A DNA stretch of 64,000 nucleotides from NCBI GenBank assembly GCA_045863855.1, contig BTVV01000007.1, positions 32,001-96,000 of the forward strand. The letters run 5' to 3'. Below, piece after piece: positions 55,212 to 64,000 of this stretch. Under the pieces are notes generated by a model. It did no database searches and was not told the DNA's origin. It worked only from the letters and a program-made list of their open reading frames with translations. The position numbers and the translations under genes were made by a program. Numbering within the stretch: the first letter of the stretch is position 1; each line of letters begins with the position of its first letter. The DNA comes from Planctomycetota bacterium (GTDB taxonomy: Bacteria > Planctomycetota > SZUA-567 > H5-PLA8).

Positions 55212-55436
55212 ACACTCCTTTCGGGCTTCGGCTTTCGGACGCTTACCGGCGGCGATTCGGGACAGGGGTTTTTACGCGGGCGGGAGGCGGGGGTTACGGA
55301 AAATCAAAGGCAAGGCTCTTGGCAGCGCGGTGGGGAGCGGGTAGGTTTTTGGGGTCATACAAGTATCAGATAAGCCGTGCGTGTTCGCGTGAAGTTCGTC
55401 CGGTTTCGGTGCGTACTTCGCGCGGCCTGCTGGGTT

Positions 55437-55470
55437 CACCTCCCCTGCCCCTCCTTGGCCAAGAGGGGAA
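55437..55470. repeat. REP-like palindrome related to the 63-bp coding repeat
   Basis: CACCTCCCCTGCCCCTCCTTGGCCAAGAGGGGAA. Confidence 0.5.
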
Positions 55471-55524
55471 CCAGGGTCAGGCAACGAAAAATGCCGGTGT
55501 GACCCCTTAAAAGGAGGCGCGTCG

Positions 55525-56346
55525 ATGAAGCTGGGGATGATCAATTCGGCTTGGGATCAGAGCGGGAAGCCGTTGGAGCAGGGCTTGGAGTGGACGAAAG
55601 AGCTGGGCTTCGACACGGTCGATATCCAGCTCGACCCGCTGGACGACGACGCGGCCGGTCAGGTGATCCGGATCCAGGCGGCGTGCGCGCGGCTGAAGCT
55701 GCCGATCGTGAGCGTGGCCGGTTGCAGCCTGGGGCTGTGCGACTTCAACAAGTCCGTGCGCGACTTCCACCTCAAGCGCAGCCGCGCGTACGTGGACATG
55801 CTCAGCGCCTTCGGCGGACACAACTATCTGCTGGTGCTGGGCGAGTACATGTGGCAGCAGGAGGTGATCCCGCCGAAGCTGCAATGGCAATGGGGCGTGG
55901 AGGCGTGCAAGGCCTTGGGCGATTACGCGGGCAAGCAAGGGAAGCTGATCGCGCTGGAACTGGAGCCGTTTCAGCTCTCGATTCTGAACACGATCGACGC
56001 AATGGCGAAGTTCCTCGACGACGTGAACCATCCGGCGATCCAGGCGAACATCGACATCAGCCACATGGTATTGAGCAAGACGCCGGCGCGGGCGCTGGAG
56101 GCGTTGAAGGGGCGCGCGGCGCACGTTCACATCAGCGACTGCGACGGGAAGGTGCATGGCGATCTGCCGCCGGGGCGCGGCGTGGTGGACTTCGTGCCGT
56201 ATTTGCAGGCGATTGGGAAGACGGGCGTGGCGAGCGATACGATCAGCCTGGAGCTGGAGTACAGCCCGGAGCCGGCGCGGATCAAGGAGTGGGTGTCGGA
56301 GGCGTACGGGGCGACGCGGAAGCTGATGCGGGAGGCGGGGGTGTAG
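55525..56346 (+). CDS. Sugar phosphate isomerase/epimerase (ketose 3-epimerase-like)
   Basis: ALELEP, NIDISH, HVHISD, GRGVVDF, SLELE; AGGAGG RBS. Confidence 0.87.
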   Translation: MKLGMINSAWDQSGKPLEQGLEWTKELGFDTVDIQLDPLDDDAAGQVIRIQAACARLKLPIVSVAGCSLGLCDFNKSVRDFHLKRSRAYVDMLSAFGGHNYLLVLGEYMWQQEVIPPKLQWQWGVEACKALGDYAGKQGKLIALELEPFQLSILNTIDAMAKFLDDVNHPAIQANIDISHMVLSKTPARALEALKGRAAHVHISDCDGKVHGDLPPGRGVVDFVPYLQAIGKTGVASDTISLELEYSPEPARIKEWVSEAYGATRKLMREAGV

Positions 56347-56495
56347 GTTGAATGCACCGCGGAGGGCGCGGAGAAGGGCAACGGCTTGATACTCTGGTAC
56401 CGGCTATAGACCTGATATTTCGGTTCGATTATCCTCGATTTTTAGAACGAAGCAGCACCCTCTTTCCGTTACTTCCCCGAGTACGGGGCGCACGC

Positions 56496-58052
56496 ATGCT
56501 CGCGAATCGCTTTCTCCTGCGGCAGGTCTGGGCGCTGGCGCTGCTGGTCTGCGCATGGAACCTGAGCGCGTCGGCGGGCGAGGCGGGAACCTTAAAGGAT
56601 CTGATCGTCGCTCGCGTGCAGGCGGGCGCTCGGCCGACGGCGTTCGTGACGATCTTCGGGCAGTCGCAGCGCGCGAAGGTGTTGGCGGCGGACGCCAAGA
56701 CGCTGACGGTGCAGGTGCAGGGGAACAAGATGCCGCTGCCGTGGGCGGATCTATCGGCCGACGATGTGGCTCAGGTGGCGCGCGAAGCGGCGGAGAGCGG
56801 CGCGGAATGCCTGGCGGTCGCGCGGGCGTTTTTGGAACTTAAAAAATACGAGCAGGTCGAGGCGCTGTGCACGAAGGCGCTGAGCGCCGACGCGAAGCTG
56901 ACGGAGGAGGCTCAGTCGCTTTTGCGCACGCTTCCGGACCGCGCTCCGCCGCCCCCGCCGAAGCCGGATGGGGAGGTGCTGGCGTCCGAGGCGAAGCCGG
57001 CCGAAGGCGAGGCGTCCAAGCCGGACTTGGCGAAGCTGGCCGGAATCCCTGGCGCCGGTTCGGCGGGGCCTGCGGCGGCGCGGACGAATCACGAGGGCCG
57101 CGCGTTGCCGCCGCTGCCGAAGTTCGACAAGCCGATCCTCTTCCACACGCCCGAGGCCGACGCGATCGCGGCGAGCATGCAGATTTTCCCGCCGAACAAC
57201 GCGTGGAACGAGGACGTCTCGAAGTGTCCGGTGCATCCGGACAGCGCGGCGATGATCGCGAATCTTGCGCCGGGGCGCGGGATCTTCGTGGACTTCAGTT
57301 TCAGCTGGGTCTTCGTGCCGCCGGATCAGCCGAAGCTGCCGCTGACTTCGTTGCAGTACAAGAGCGAATCGGACCCCGGCCCCTACCCCATTCCGGATAC
57401 GTGCCCGGTGGAAGGCTGGCCCGAGGACTACCGCACCTATTCGGAGGAGACACTCAAATCGTATCAGCTCGGCACGGGCGGCGACCGGCATGCGCTGATC
57501 GTCGATCCGTCGAGCATGACGCTGTACGAGTTCTTCGTGATGACGCGGACGGACGCGGGCTGGAAGGCGGCGGGCGCGGCGATCTTCAACTTATCGAGCA
57601 ACAAGCTGCGGCCGGACCGCTGGACGAGCGCGGACGCGGCGGGGCTGCCGATCTGGCCGGGGCTGATCCGCTACGACGAGGTTTCGCGGGGAATGGTGGA
57701 GCACGCGATCCGCGTGACGTTTCCGCGCACACGCAAAGAGTACATCTATCCGGCGACGCATCACGCCGGCGCGACGGACGACAAGACTTTTCCGGCCATG
57801 GGGCAGCGGCTGCGCTTGAAGGCGGGGGTGGACTTGAGCGGCCTGCCGCCGCAGGCGCTGGCGATCGCGCTGGCGCTGAAGAAGTACGGACTGCTGGTGG
57901 CGGACAACGGCAGCCCCTGGTTCATGTCTGCGGCGCGCGATACGCGCTTCGATATCTCGGGGATCAAGACGCTGGGGCGGATCAAGGGCAGCGATTTCGA
58001 GGTGGTCGTTCCGGCGGGGCCGAACGAGTTGGGGCGCGGGGGAGCGCGGTAG
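56496..58052 (+). CDS. Secreted hypothetical protein with well-structured C-terminal domain
   Basis: Signal peptide, Pro-rich linker, WNEDVS, GDRH, SADAAGLPIWPGLIRYDEV, ALKKYGLLVADNG. Confidence 0.7.
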   Translation: MLANRFLLRQVWALALLVCAWNLSASAGEAGTLKDLIVARVQAGARPTAFVTIFGQSQRAKVLAADAKTLTVQVQGNKMPLPWADLSADDVAQVAREAAESGAECLAVARAFLELKKYEQVEALCTKALSADAKLTEEAQSLLRTLPDRAPPPPPKPDGEVLASEAKPAEGEASKPDLAKLAGIPGAGSAGPAAARTNHEGRALPPLPKFDKPILFHTPEADAIAASMQIFPPNNAWNEDVSKCPVHPDSAAMIANLAPGRGIFVDFSFSWVFVPPDQPKLPLTSLQYKSESDPGPYPIPDTCPVEGWPEDYRTYSEETLKSYQLGTGGDRHALIVDPSSMTLYEFFVMTRTDAGWKAAGAAIFNLSSNKLRPDRWTSADAAGLPIWPGLIRYDEVSRGMVEHAIRVTFPRTRKEYIYPATHHAGATDDKTFPAMGQRLRLKAGVDLSGLPPQALAIALALKKYGLLVADNGSPWFMSAARDTRFDISGIKTLGRIKGSDFEVVVPAGPNELGRGGAR

Positions 58053-58240
58053 GACGCGCGGGAAAGGTGCGGCGGGATGGTTTAGGGGTCAAGGGGATAG
58101 GACAAAAGCAAAAAGCAAAAAGTAATGGGTGATCGGAAGGGCAAGTTTTCAGTTTTCAGTTAAACGCAGCGGCGATCTTGGTGAATGGATTTAGCATTAT
58201 CTAGCACATAGCGTGGCCGGGATTGTAACGCACTCCGCTT

Positions 58241-59659
58241 CTATTGATCGGCATCGACGGCTTTGAGCGCTTCGACGGTCTCTTCAATTTCCTCTTCTTT
58301 CGGCAAAGGGAAATCGCCGGCTCGGTAGATGAATTCGAGGCGGTTGGAGAGCAAGGGGCCGGTTTCGAAGGCGGAATCTTCTGCTCGATCGGCGCGCTGG
58401 AGTTCCTCTTTGATTTTGAGCCCGACTTCGCGGGTTCCGTGCGGGCAATAAGCGACTTGCACGCCGAGGCGGTCGCCGGGCTTGAGGCCGAGCGCGCTCG
58501 GATCCAGTTCCAGATTCAGGCGCACACCGCGCACTTCGGCGGCTCCGGCGCTTATCTGCATGGTCGAATCCGATACATCACGCTTCGGCACCACCTGCTG
58601 GCCATTCACCCACCAGCGGACAAGGTAGGGCTCGAGGTCGTAATCGAACTCGAAGGGTTGCGCGCTGCGCAGGATGAGGCAGGAGCCGTTTTGGGTCAGG
58701 GTCAGCTTGGGCGCAAAGCGCTTCGCGAGCGTGTCCAGGCGCAGGCGCGCTTCGGGATCTTCGCTGCGGCGCAACTCGGCTTCGAGGAACTCTAGAGCTT
58801 GCGGCCCCGCGGCGGCGAGCGCTCGGGTGGCCGCGTCGCGCACTTCGAAATCTTCGGCGCTCAGCTTAAGCGTCCATCCTCGCCAGGCGGCGCGCATTCG
58901 GTCGTCGGGCGGCGCAAGTTCCGGCGCCTCGCCCCAGACGATCGGCAAGGGTTCGTTTGAGTTCGCGAGTGCGGTATGTGCTTCGTACGACTGCAAGGCA
59001 CAGGGGCGTTGGCCGTTCAAGCGCGGCAAGGCGGGCGTCCCGCCGCGGTACGCCACTTCTAACTCGGGGTCAAAATGCTTGGCGAGGGCCTCTACCATTG
59101 CAACGGGATAGCCGAAGCGCGACCACGGCGTGGCCCGCGGTCCGGCCTCGATGCGGCCCACGGCGCAAACCTGAGGACGCGGAAGGTTCTGCGATCGATC
59201 GCGCACTTCGAAGCGCGTTTCACCCGGTTCGTGCACGGCAATCAGTTGCGCGTACAAGTAATAGCCGTCGCGGCGCAACAGCTCGATGTCGCCGATCTCC
59301 TGCTTCAATCGCACCCGTTCTTCCTCTTTCGCGTTTGCCCCTACGTGCTTCAGTTGGCAAGGCCCCAGGCCTTCGTGGTCTTCAACTCCATCCTCGGGTT
59401 CGGCTTGAGCGCAGGAGAGGAGATAGACGACCACCCCGTCGTAAAGAGGCGCTTTATCCGCGGCCATGCCGAGGCGGATCAAGGTTCCACTGCTCAGTTT
59501 GATCTCGGGCTGCTTAAGCAGGTCGCCCCAAGTCTTGACGACGGCCAGTTCGGGGGGCTTGGGCGGCGTGGCGGCTTCGTCTGCTGCAGCTGCGGTGGCG
59601 GCGGCGCAAAGCAAGCCGAGCGCACCGAGCAGTCCGGTCAGGATACGCGCGCGCCGCAT
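58241..59659 (-). CDS. Hypothetical secreted protein with HEAT-like motif
   Basis: Signal peptide; LSAEDFEVRDAATRAL...DPEARLR. Confidence 0.65.
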   Translation of the reverse strand: MRRARILTGLLGALGLLCAAATAAAADEAATPPKPPELAVVKTWGDLLKQPEIKLSSGTLIRLGMAADKAPLYDGVVVYLLSCAQAEPEDGVEDHEGLGPCQLKHVGANAKEEERVRLKQEIGDIELLRRDGYYLYAQLIAVHEPGETRFEVRDRSQNLPRPQVCAVGRIEAGPRATPWSRFGYPVAMVEALAKHFDPELEVAYRGGTPALPRLNGQRPCALQSYEAHTALANSNEPLPIVWGEAPELAPPDDRMRAAWRGWTLKLSAEDFEVRDAATRALAAAGPQALEFLEAELRRSEDPEARLRLDTLAKRFAPKLTLTQNGSCLILRSAQPFEFDYDLEPYLVRWWVNGQQVVPKRDVSDSTMQISAGAAEVRGVRLNLELDPSALGLKPGDRLGVQVAYCPHGTREVGLKIKEELQRADRAEDSAFETGPLLSNRLEFIYRAGDFPLPKEEEIEETVEALKAVDADQ

Positions 59660-59752
59660 TCGGAGGGTCCCTCTGCCCGTATCTGTTCCGGCAGATAGGA
59701 CTACACCGCTGGACCTACGGACTGGGGATTTCCGTACTTTTCCGGCGCGGGG

Positions 59753-60778
59753 CTATTTGTCGTACTTCTGTACGTATTCTTCGACGGGCTTGGTGAGCGC
59801 CTTATGCCCAATGAAGAGCGGAACGCGCTGGTGAAGCGAGGTGGGTTCGATATCGAGGATGCGGCGGTGGCCGTCGGTGGCGTAGCCGCCGGCTTGTTCG
59901 GCGATGAACGCCAAAGGCGCGGCTTCGTAGAGCAAGCGCAGCTTGCCGCCGGGCTGCTTGGGGTCCTTGCGGTCGGCGGGGTAGCAGAAGGTTCCGCCGG
60001 CAAGAAGGTTGCGGTGGAAGTCGGCGACGAGGGAGCCGATGTAGCGCAGCGAGAGTTTGTTTTCGCCGGTCTGGAGCCAGCGGACGTACTGGAGGACGCC
60101 GGCGGACCAGTAAGGTTCGTAGGCTTGGTTGACGCTGTAGTACTTGGGCTTGGCGGGCATCTTGATGTTGGAGTGCGAGAGCAGGAATTCGCCGAGCATG
60201 CGGTTGAGCGTGAAGCCGTGTACGCCGTTGCCGGTGGTGTAGACGAGCATGGTGCTGGAGCCGTAGATGACGTAGCCGGCGGCGACGAGGTTGCGGCCGG
60301 GCTGTAGGCAGTCTTCGAGCGTGCCGGGTCCGCCGGGCGGCGTCTTGCGCTTGTAGATGGCGAAGATGGTTCCGACGGAGACGTTGACGTCGATGTTGCT
60401 GCTGCCGTCGAGCGGATCGTACAGGAGGACGTAGTTGCCCTTGGGGTACTTTTCCGGAATGGGTATGAATTCGTCCTGCTCTTCGCTGCCCATGCAGGCG
60501 AGCCGGCCGGTGTGATCGTTAAGCCGGTAGATGGTCTGGTCGGCGAAGACGTCGAGCTTCTGGACGGTCTCGCCCTGGACGTTCTGGGCTCCGGTGCTGC
60601 CCAGGATATCGGCCAGTCCGGCCTGAACGGTCTTGCTGGCGATCATCTTGCCGGCCAGGGCCAGGTCGTAGAGGAGCGAAGTAAGGTCGCCCTTGGCCTC
60701 GGGATGGGCGAGCTGTTCGTCGAGAAAATGGCGTTCGATGGTGGTGATGCGGTCTTTGAAGTCGCCGGAGTTCGGCAT
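59753..60778 (-). CDS. fbp: Fructose-1,6-bisphosphatase class 1
   Basis: [50 protein letters not shown]. Confidence 0.96.
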   Translation of the reverse strand: MPNSGDFKDRITTIERHFLDEQLAHPEAKGDLTSLLYDLALAGKMIASKTVQAGLADILGSTGAQNVQGETVQKLDVFADQTIYRLNDHTGRLACMGSEEQDEFIPIPEKYPKGNYVLLYDPLDGSSNIDVNVSVGTIFAIYKRKTPPGGPGTLEDCLQPGRNLVAAGYVIYGSSTMLVYTTGNGVHGFTLNRMLGEFLLSHSNIKMPAKPKYYSVNQAYEPYWSAGVLQYVRWLQTGENKLSLRYIGSLVADFHRNLLAGGTFCYPADRKDPKQPGGKLRLLYEAAPLAFIAEQAGGYATDGHRRILDIEPTSLHQRVPLFIGHKALTKPVEEYVQKYDK

Positions 60779-60886
60779 GCGTGAAGTCCTCCCGTGGAAA
60801 GACTTAGCGTTGCGACCGGAAGGGGGCAAGTGCAGGCGCGGGGGCCGGCGTGGGGTCGCGCGGGAGCCGTCCATGTCCGCGGAGGC

Positions 60887-60928
60887 TTGACAGGGCATTC
60901 GGCGCGGGGTAGATTGGGAACGTTCCCA
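60887..60928 (+). promoter_or_regulatory. sigma70 promoter overlapped by a LacI-type operator
   Basis: TTGACA(60887)-17-TAGATT(60910); palindrome TGGGAACGTTCCCA (60915-60928). Confidence 0.85.
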
Positions 60929-60941
60929 GTCCGGAGCGGAC

Positions 60942-61967
60942 ATGAGCCAGCCGAACATCGTCGATATCGCCAAGCGGGCCGGGGTGAGCAAATCCACGGC
61001 GGCGCGGGTGCTGGCCGGGCAGGGCGCGGCGAGCGAGGCGGCGCGCAAGAAGGTGCTGCGCGCGGCGGCGGCGTTGAAGTACCGGCCCAACGCGGCGGCG
61101 AAGGCGCTTCGTTCGGGCGAGCAGCGGCTGCTGGGGGTGGTGATCCCCGACAGCGCTTCGCGGGGCACCTTATCGTTCATGCTGCAGGCGCAGAAGCTGG
61201 AAGGGCTGGCGAACGGCGCGAAGCAGTTGGGCTACGACTTGCAGATCTTCATCGAAGACCTTTCCGATCCGCTGGCGTTGCAGCGGTTGGCGCAGGAGAA
61301 GCTGGTGCGCGGTTTCTTCTTTCTGGGGCGCGTGCAAGGCCCGACGCTGGATTTCTTGAAGCGTTACGGAATCCCGTGGGTGGGCGTGAACTGGGTGCGT
61401 GCGGAGAGCCCGAGCGATCCGCATTGCTGGACTGATTTCGCTCACGCGGGCCGGACGCTGACCGACCATCTGATCCGGCAGGGATGCCGGAAGGTGCTGG
61501 CATTCGATTGGCTTTCGACGGAGTACGGCCCGTTTGGGGCGGGGATCCGCGAGGTCTGGAAGCTGTACGGGAGGCCGGCGGGCGATTTGACGCTCTTGAG
61601 CGGCACGCCGTACATGCACGGCCCATTGGTGGAGCAGGCATTGGAAGCGGCGTTCGACGCACCGGCGCGGCCGGACGGTTTGTTGCTGGGGCACCAGTCG
61701 GCGGCGCAGCAGGCGTACCGCTTCCTGCGCGGGCGCGGAATCAAGATCGGTTCGGAGGTGGCGGTCTGCACGTTCGACGATCTGGACGCGGCTCGGAATA
61801 TGGATCCGCCGTGCACGGCGCTGGCGCAGCCGGCGTTCGAGATGGGTCAAGCGGCGGTGGAAGAGCTGGACCGGCGCTTTCGCGGGCTGGCGGAAGGCCC
61901 GATCGCTCGGGAGCTTCCGGGCGCGCTGCAGGTGCGGGAATCGACGGCGCTTTTCGTGGCGCGGTAG
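60942..61967 (+). CDS. LacI family transcriptional regulator
   Basis: [49 protein letters not shown]. Confidence 0.94.
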   Translation: MSQPNIVDIAKRAGVSKSTAARVLAGQGAASEAARKKVLRAAAALKYRPNAAAKALRSGEQRLLGVVIPDSASRGTLSFMLQAQKLEGLANGAKQLGYDLQIFIEDLSDPLALQRLAQEKLVRGFFFLGRVQGPTLDFLKRYGIPWVGVNWVRAESPSDPHCWTDFAHAGRTLTDHLIRQGCRKVLAFDWLSTEYGPFGAGIREVWKLYGRPAGDLTLLSGTPYMHGPLVEQALEAAFDAPARPDGLLLGHQSAAQQAYRFLRGRGIKIGSEVAVCTFDDLDAARNMDPPCTALAQPAFEMGQAAVEELDRRFRGLAEGPIARELPGALQVRESTALFVAR

Positions 61968-61986
61968 TTTTTTTCTTTAACTTCGA

Positions 61987-62002
61987 TTGGGAACGATCCC
62001 AA
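61987..62002. promoter_or_regulatory. Second LacI-type operator
   Basis: TTGGGAACGATCCCAA, one mismatch from the operator at 60915. Confidence 0.8.
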
Positions 62003-62023
62003 CGCTCGAACCAGGAGAACGAC

Positions 62024-62764
62024 ATGCTGCTCGCGACCGACCGGAAGGCGCAGTTCCAGCGCGAAGGGTATCTGGTGCTGGAAGACTGTTTCAGCGCGGC
62101 GTACATGGCCGAGGCCAAGGAGGAGGTGCGACGCATCCTGGCCGAGGTGCGCGGCGAAGCGCAGGCGAAGGGGCAGACGCCGAAGCGCGAGAACGGAGTC
62201 TACGTGGGGCTCTCGGTGCGTTCGGCGTTCTTCCGTACGCTGAACGCCGATCCGCGTCTGGTGGATGTGCTGGCGGAAGCGATCGGGCCGAACCTGGAAT
62301 TCTGGAGCGACAAGGTGGTCTACAAGGCGCCGGGGGTGGACTTCGGTTCGCCGTGGCACCAGGACTGGATGTACTGGAAGGGCGCGCACAAGTATTCGGT
62401 CTGGATCGCGATGGACGACGCGACGCCGGCAAACGGATGCCTGCGGATCATCCCGGGCTCGCACACGCAGGCCGTCGAACACGGCGGCCAGGACGCGGAA
62501 GGCGTGGGCTTCAACAACCGCCTGCGCGAAGGCGCGCTCGACGAATCGAAGATGCTCGATTTGCCCGCGAAGGCCGGCACGGCGGTGCTCTTCCACGACC
62601 TGCTGCTGCACGCGAGCTACCCGAATACGACGGGCAAGGACCGCTGGGCGCTGATCCCGACGTACCGCGATCTGAGCCAGGACGATTTCGATTACGGCTT
62701 CGCGACGGCGGCGTTCACGGTGCGCGGGACGCGGACGGGGAAGAGTTTGGGGGCGGCGCGGTAG
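62024..62764 (+). CDS. Phytanoyl-CoA dioxygenase (PhyH) family Fe/2OG oxygenase
   Basis: FQREGYLV, PWHQD, WIAMDDATPANGCL, PGSH, LLHAS; AGGAG RBS. Confidence 0.92.
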   Translation: MLLATDRKAQFQREGYLVLEDCFSAAYMAEAKEEVRRILAEVRGEAQAKGQTPKRENGVYVGLSVRSAFFRTLNADPRLVDVLAEAIGPNLEFWSDKVVYKAPGVDFGSPWHQDWMYWKGAHKYSVWIAMDDATPANGCLRIIPGSHTQAVEHGGQDAEGVGFNNRLREGALDESKMLDLPAKAGTAVLFHDLLLHASYPNTTGKDRWALIPTYRDLSQDDFDYGFATAAFTVRGTRTGKSLGAAR

Positions 62765-62836
62765 TTGGGGCAATAGCAGAAAGTAAAGAGTAAGAGGCGG
62801 TCGGTCAGGCGTGACTCTAAAATAAGTTCAATCGGA

Positions 62837-63619
62837 TCACGGTTCGCGCGCGTACATTCCGGGCGGTTGGCCGGTGGCGGCTTTGAAGGCGGCGGAGAAG
62901 CGCTGGAGCGTGCGGTAGCCGACGCGGGCGGCGACTTGGGTGGCGTTCAGTTTTCCGGCTCGAAGCAACCGGCGGGCTTCGGCGATGCGCCAAGCGGCGA
63001 GCGCTTGCTTGGGCGAGCAGCCGCGGGCGGCGTGAAAGATGCGCCGAAGCTGCGTCGGCGAAACATGCAGCGCTCGCGCCAGGCCCGCGGCATCGAGGCC
63101 CTCCCCCGCCCGCTCGCGAATCAGATCTTCGGCGCGGGCCCACTGTTCGAACCATTCGGCTTGAGTGTCGGGGCGGCGCGGCTGGTCGGCCGATCGCGCT
63201 GGTTGCTTCGCCGCTTTCGTGCCTAGCGCCCGGGCGAGGCGTTCGAGAAAGCCCAGCAGATCGGCCAGCGGCAGGACGCGCTGCCCGCGCGGGCTGTAGT
63301 CGCTTCCGGCTTCCAGTTCCAGCAGGCGGCGCCACCAGACGGCGTTGAGCTTGACCGGTCCGGCGGGGAGCCCCGCGTTCCATCCGGCGCTCGCGCGGAA
63401 GAGGATGCTGACGATGCGCGCGGGACCGTCGTACCCTCGACGCGCCCGGATACCGTAGCGCTTACGGCGCGGAAAACAGCCCAGCGTGCCGGGCGGCGCG
63501 GGGGCCCAGCTTCGTCCGCGGAGCATTTCGAGTTCACCGGCCAGCACCACAAACAGTTCATCGACGTCCTGCACGCCTGGTCCCACGGCGCCTTGGCGCG
63601 GCTTCTTTTTGTGTTCCAC
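62837..63619 (-). CDS. AraC family regulator with cupin-like N-terminus
   Basis: ELFVVLAGEL; QVAARVGYRTLQRFSAAFKAATGQPP; start uncertain. Confidence 0.85.
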   Translation of the reverse strand: MEHKKKPRQGAVGPGVQDVDELFVVLAGELEMLRGRSWAPAPPGTLGCFPRRKRYGIRARRGYDGPARIVSILFRASAGWNAGLPAGPVKLNAVWWRRLLELEAGSDYSPRGQRVLPLADLLGFLERLARALGTKAAKQPARSADQPRRPDTQAEWFEQWARAEDLIRERAGEGLDAAGLARALHVSPTQLRRIFHAARGCSPKQALAAWRIAEARRLLRAGKLNATQVAARVGYRTLQRFSAAFKAATGQPPGMYAREP

Positions 63620-63869
63620 AACGGCGCAGCCTTCGTCGAGCGCGGCGCGGATGGCGGGAGGCGGTCGGTACACGGGGCAACTCCGGATTCGGTTGAAAAC
63701 GATAAACACTCGGCGCGGCGGCGCAATGCGGAATGCCGGGGACGGCCGGTAGGTTTAGGGGTGAGTAAACGGTAACCCGTGAACGGCTAGGGCTGGCTTG
63801 CGGTTTCCGGTTCGCGGCGAAGGGCGGGATTCCGGCCGCGGCAGGGGTTCCACTTAAAGGAGAGCACGG

Positions 63870-64000
63870 ATGGCGCAGCTCACGTTCGTCGGGGGCGGAA
63901 GTTACAACTGGATGCCGCAGCTTCTGGCGCGGCTCTTAAAGAGCGGCGAATTTCTTGAAGACTCGATCGTGCTGATGGACACCGATCCGGCGGCGTTGCG
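63870..64000 (+). CDS. Glycoside hydrolase family 4 (partial, N-terminus)
   Basis: Not in ORF track. AAAGGAG RBS; MAQLTFVGGGSYNWMPQL...IVLMDTDP matches the GH4 GxGS Rossmann start. Confidence 0.8.
   Translation, partial: MAQLTFVGGGSYNWMPQLLARLLKSGEFLEDSIVLMDTDPAAL

Noticed and set aside
52633..55215. Apparent 860-aa fusion to cysteine desulfurase
   Set aside because: The upstream part is an Arg/Pro-rich off-frame read of gene 53868-55211; the true start is 53793. The same artefact explains extended starts at 16389, 31028, 32314, 61180 and 61484

Overview
GC-rich bacterial chromosomal window, probably Planctomycetota (inferred from gene repertoire: ECF sigma, prenyltransferase-repeat protein, WD40, sulfatase, DUF3592, palindromic repeats). 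It has about 46 protein-coding genes; I saw no rRNA, tRNA, CRISPR array or transposase. Housekeeping genes (aroG-type DAHP synthase, argH, thiL, lgt, tsaE, gdhA, pilT-like, dtd, cysteine desulfurase, fbp) are mixed with sugar and sulfate-ester catabolism genes and an ArnT-type envelope glycosylation operon. Highlights: (1) a beta-barrel protein plus a 1456-aa lipoprotein decaheme cytochrome with His-rich insert and LVIVD-like propeller, divergent from a GlcG/HbpS-like heme-binding gene; (2) a Tm-1-like ATP-binding protein and TIM-barrel operon with a sigma54 promoter, a palindromic enhancer array and a divergent sigma54 activator whose sensor is a paralogous TIM barrel; (3) an unannotated Phe/Tyr/Trp leader-peptide attenuator before DAHP synthase; (4) an unannotated 26-aa very basic ORF with its own promoter and RBS; (5) a XerCD dif-like site; (6) REP/MITE-like palindromes, one family inserted in frame in a gene. 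Product calls come from motif recognition by eye, not database searches.
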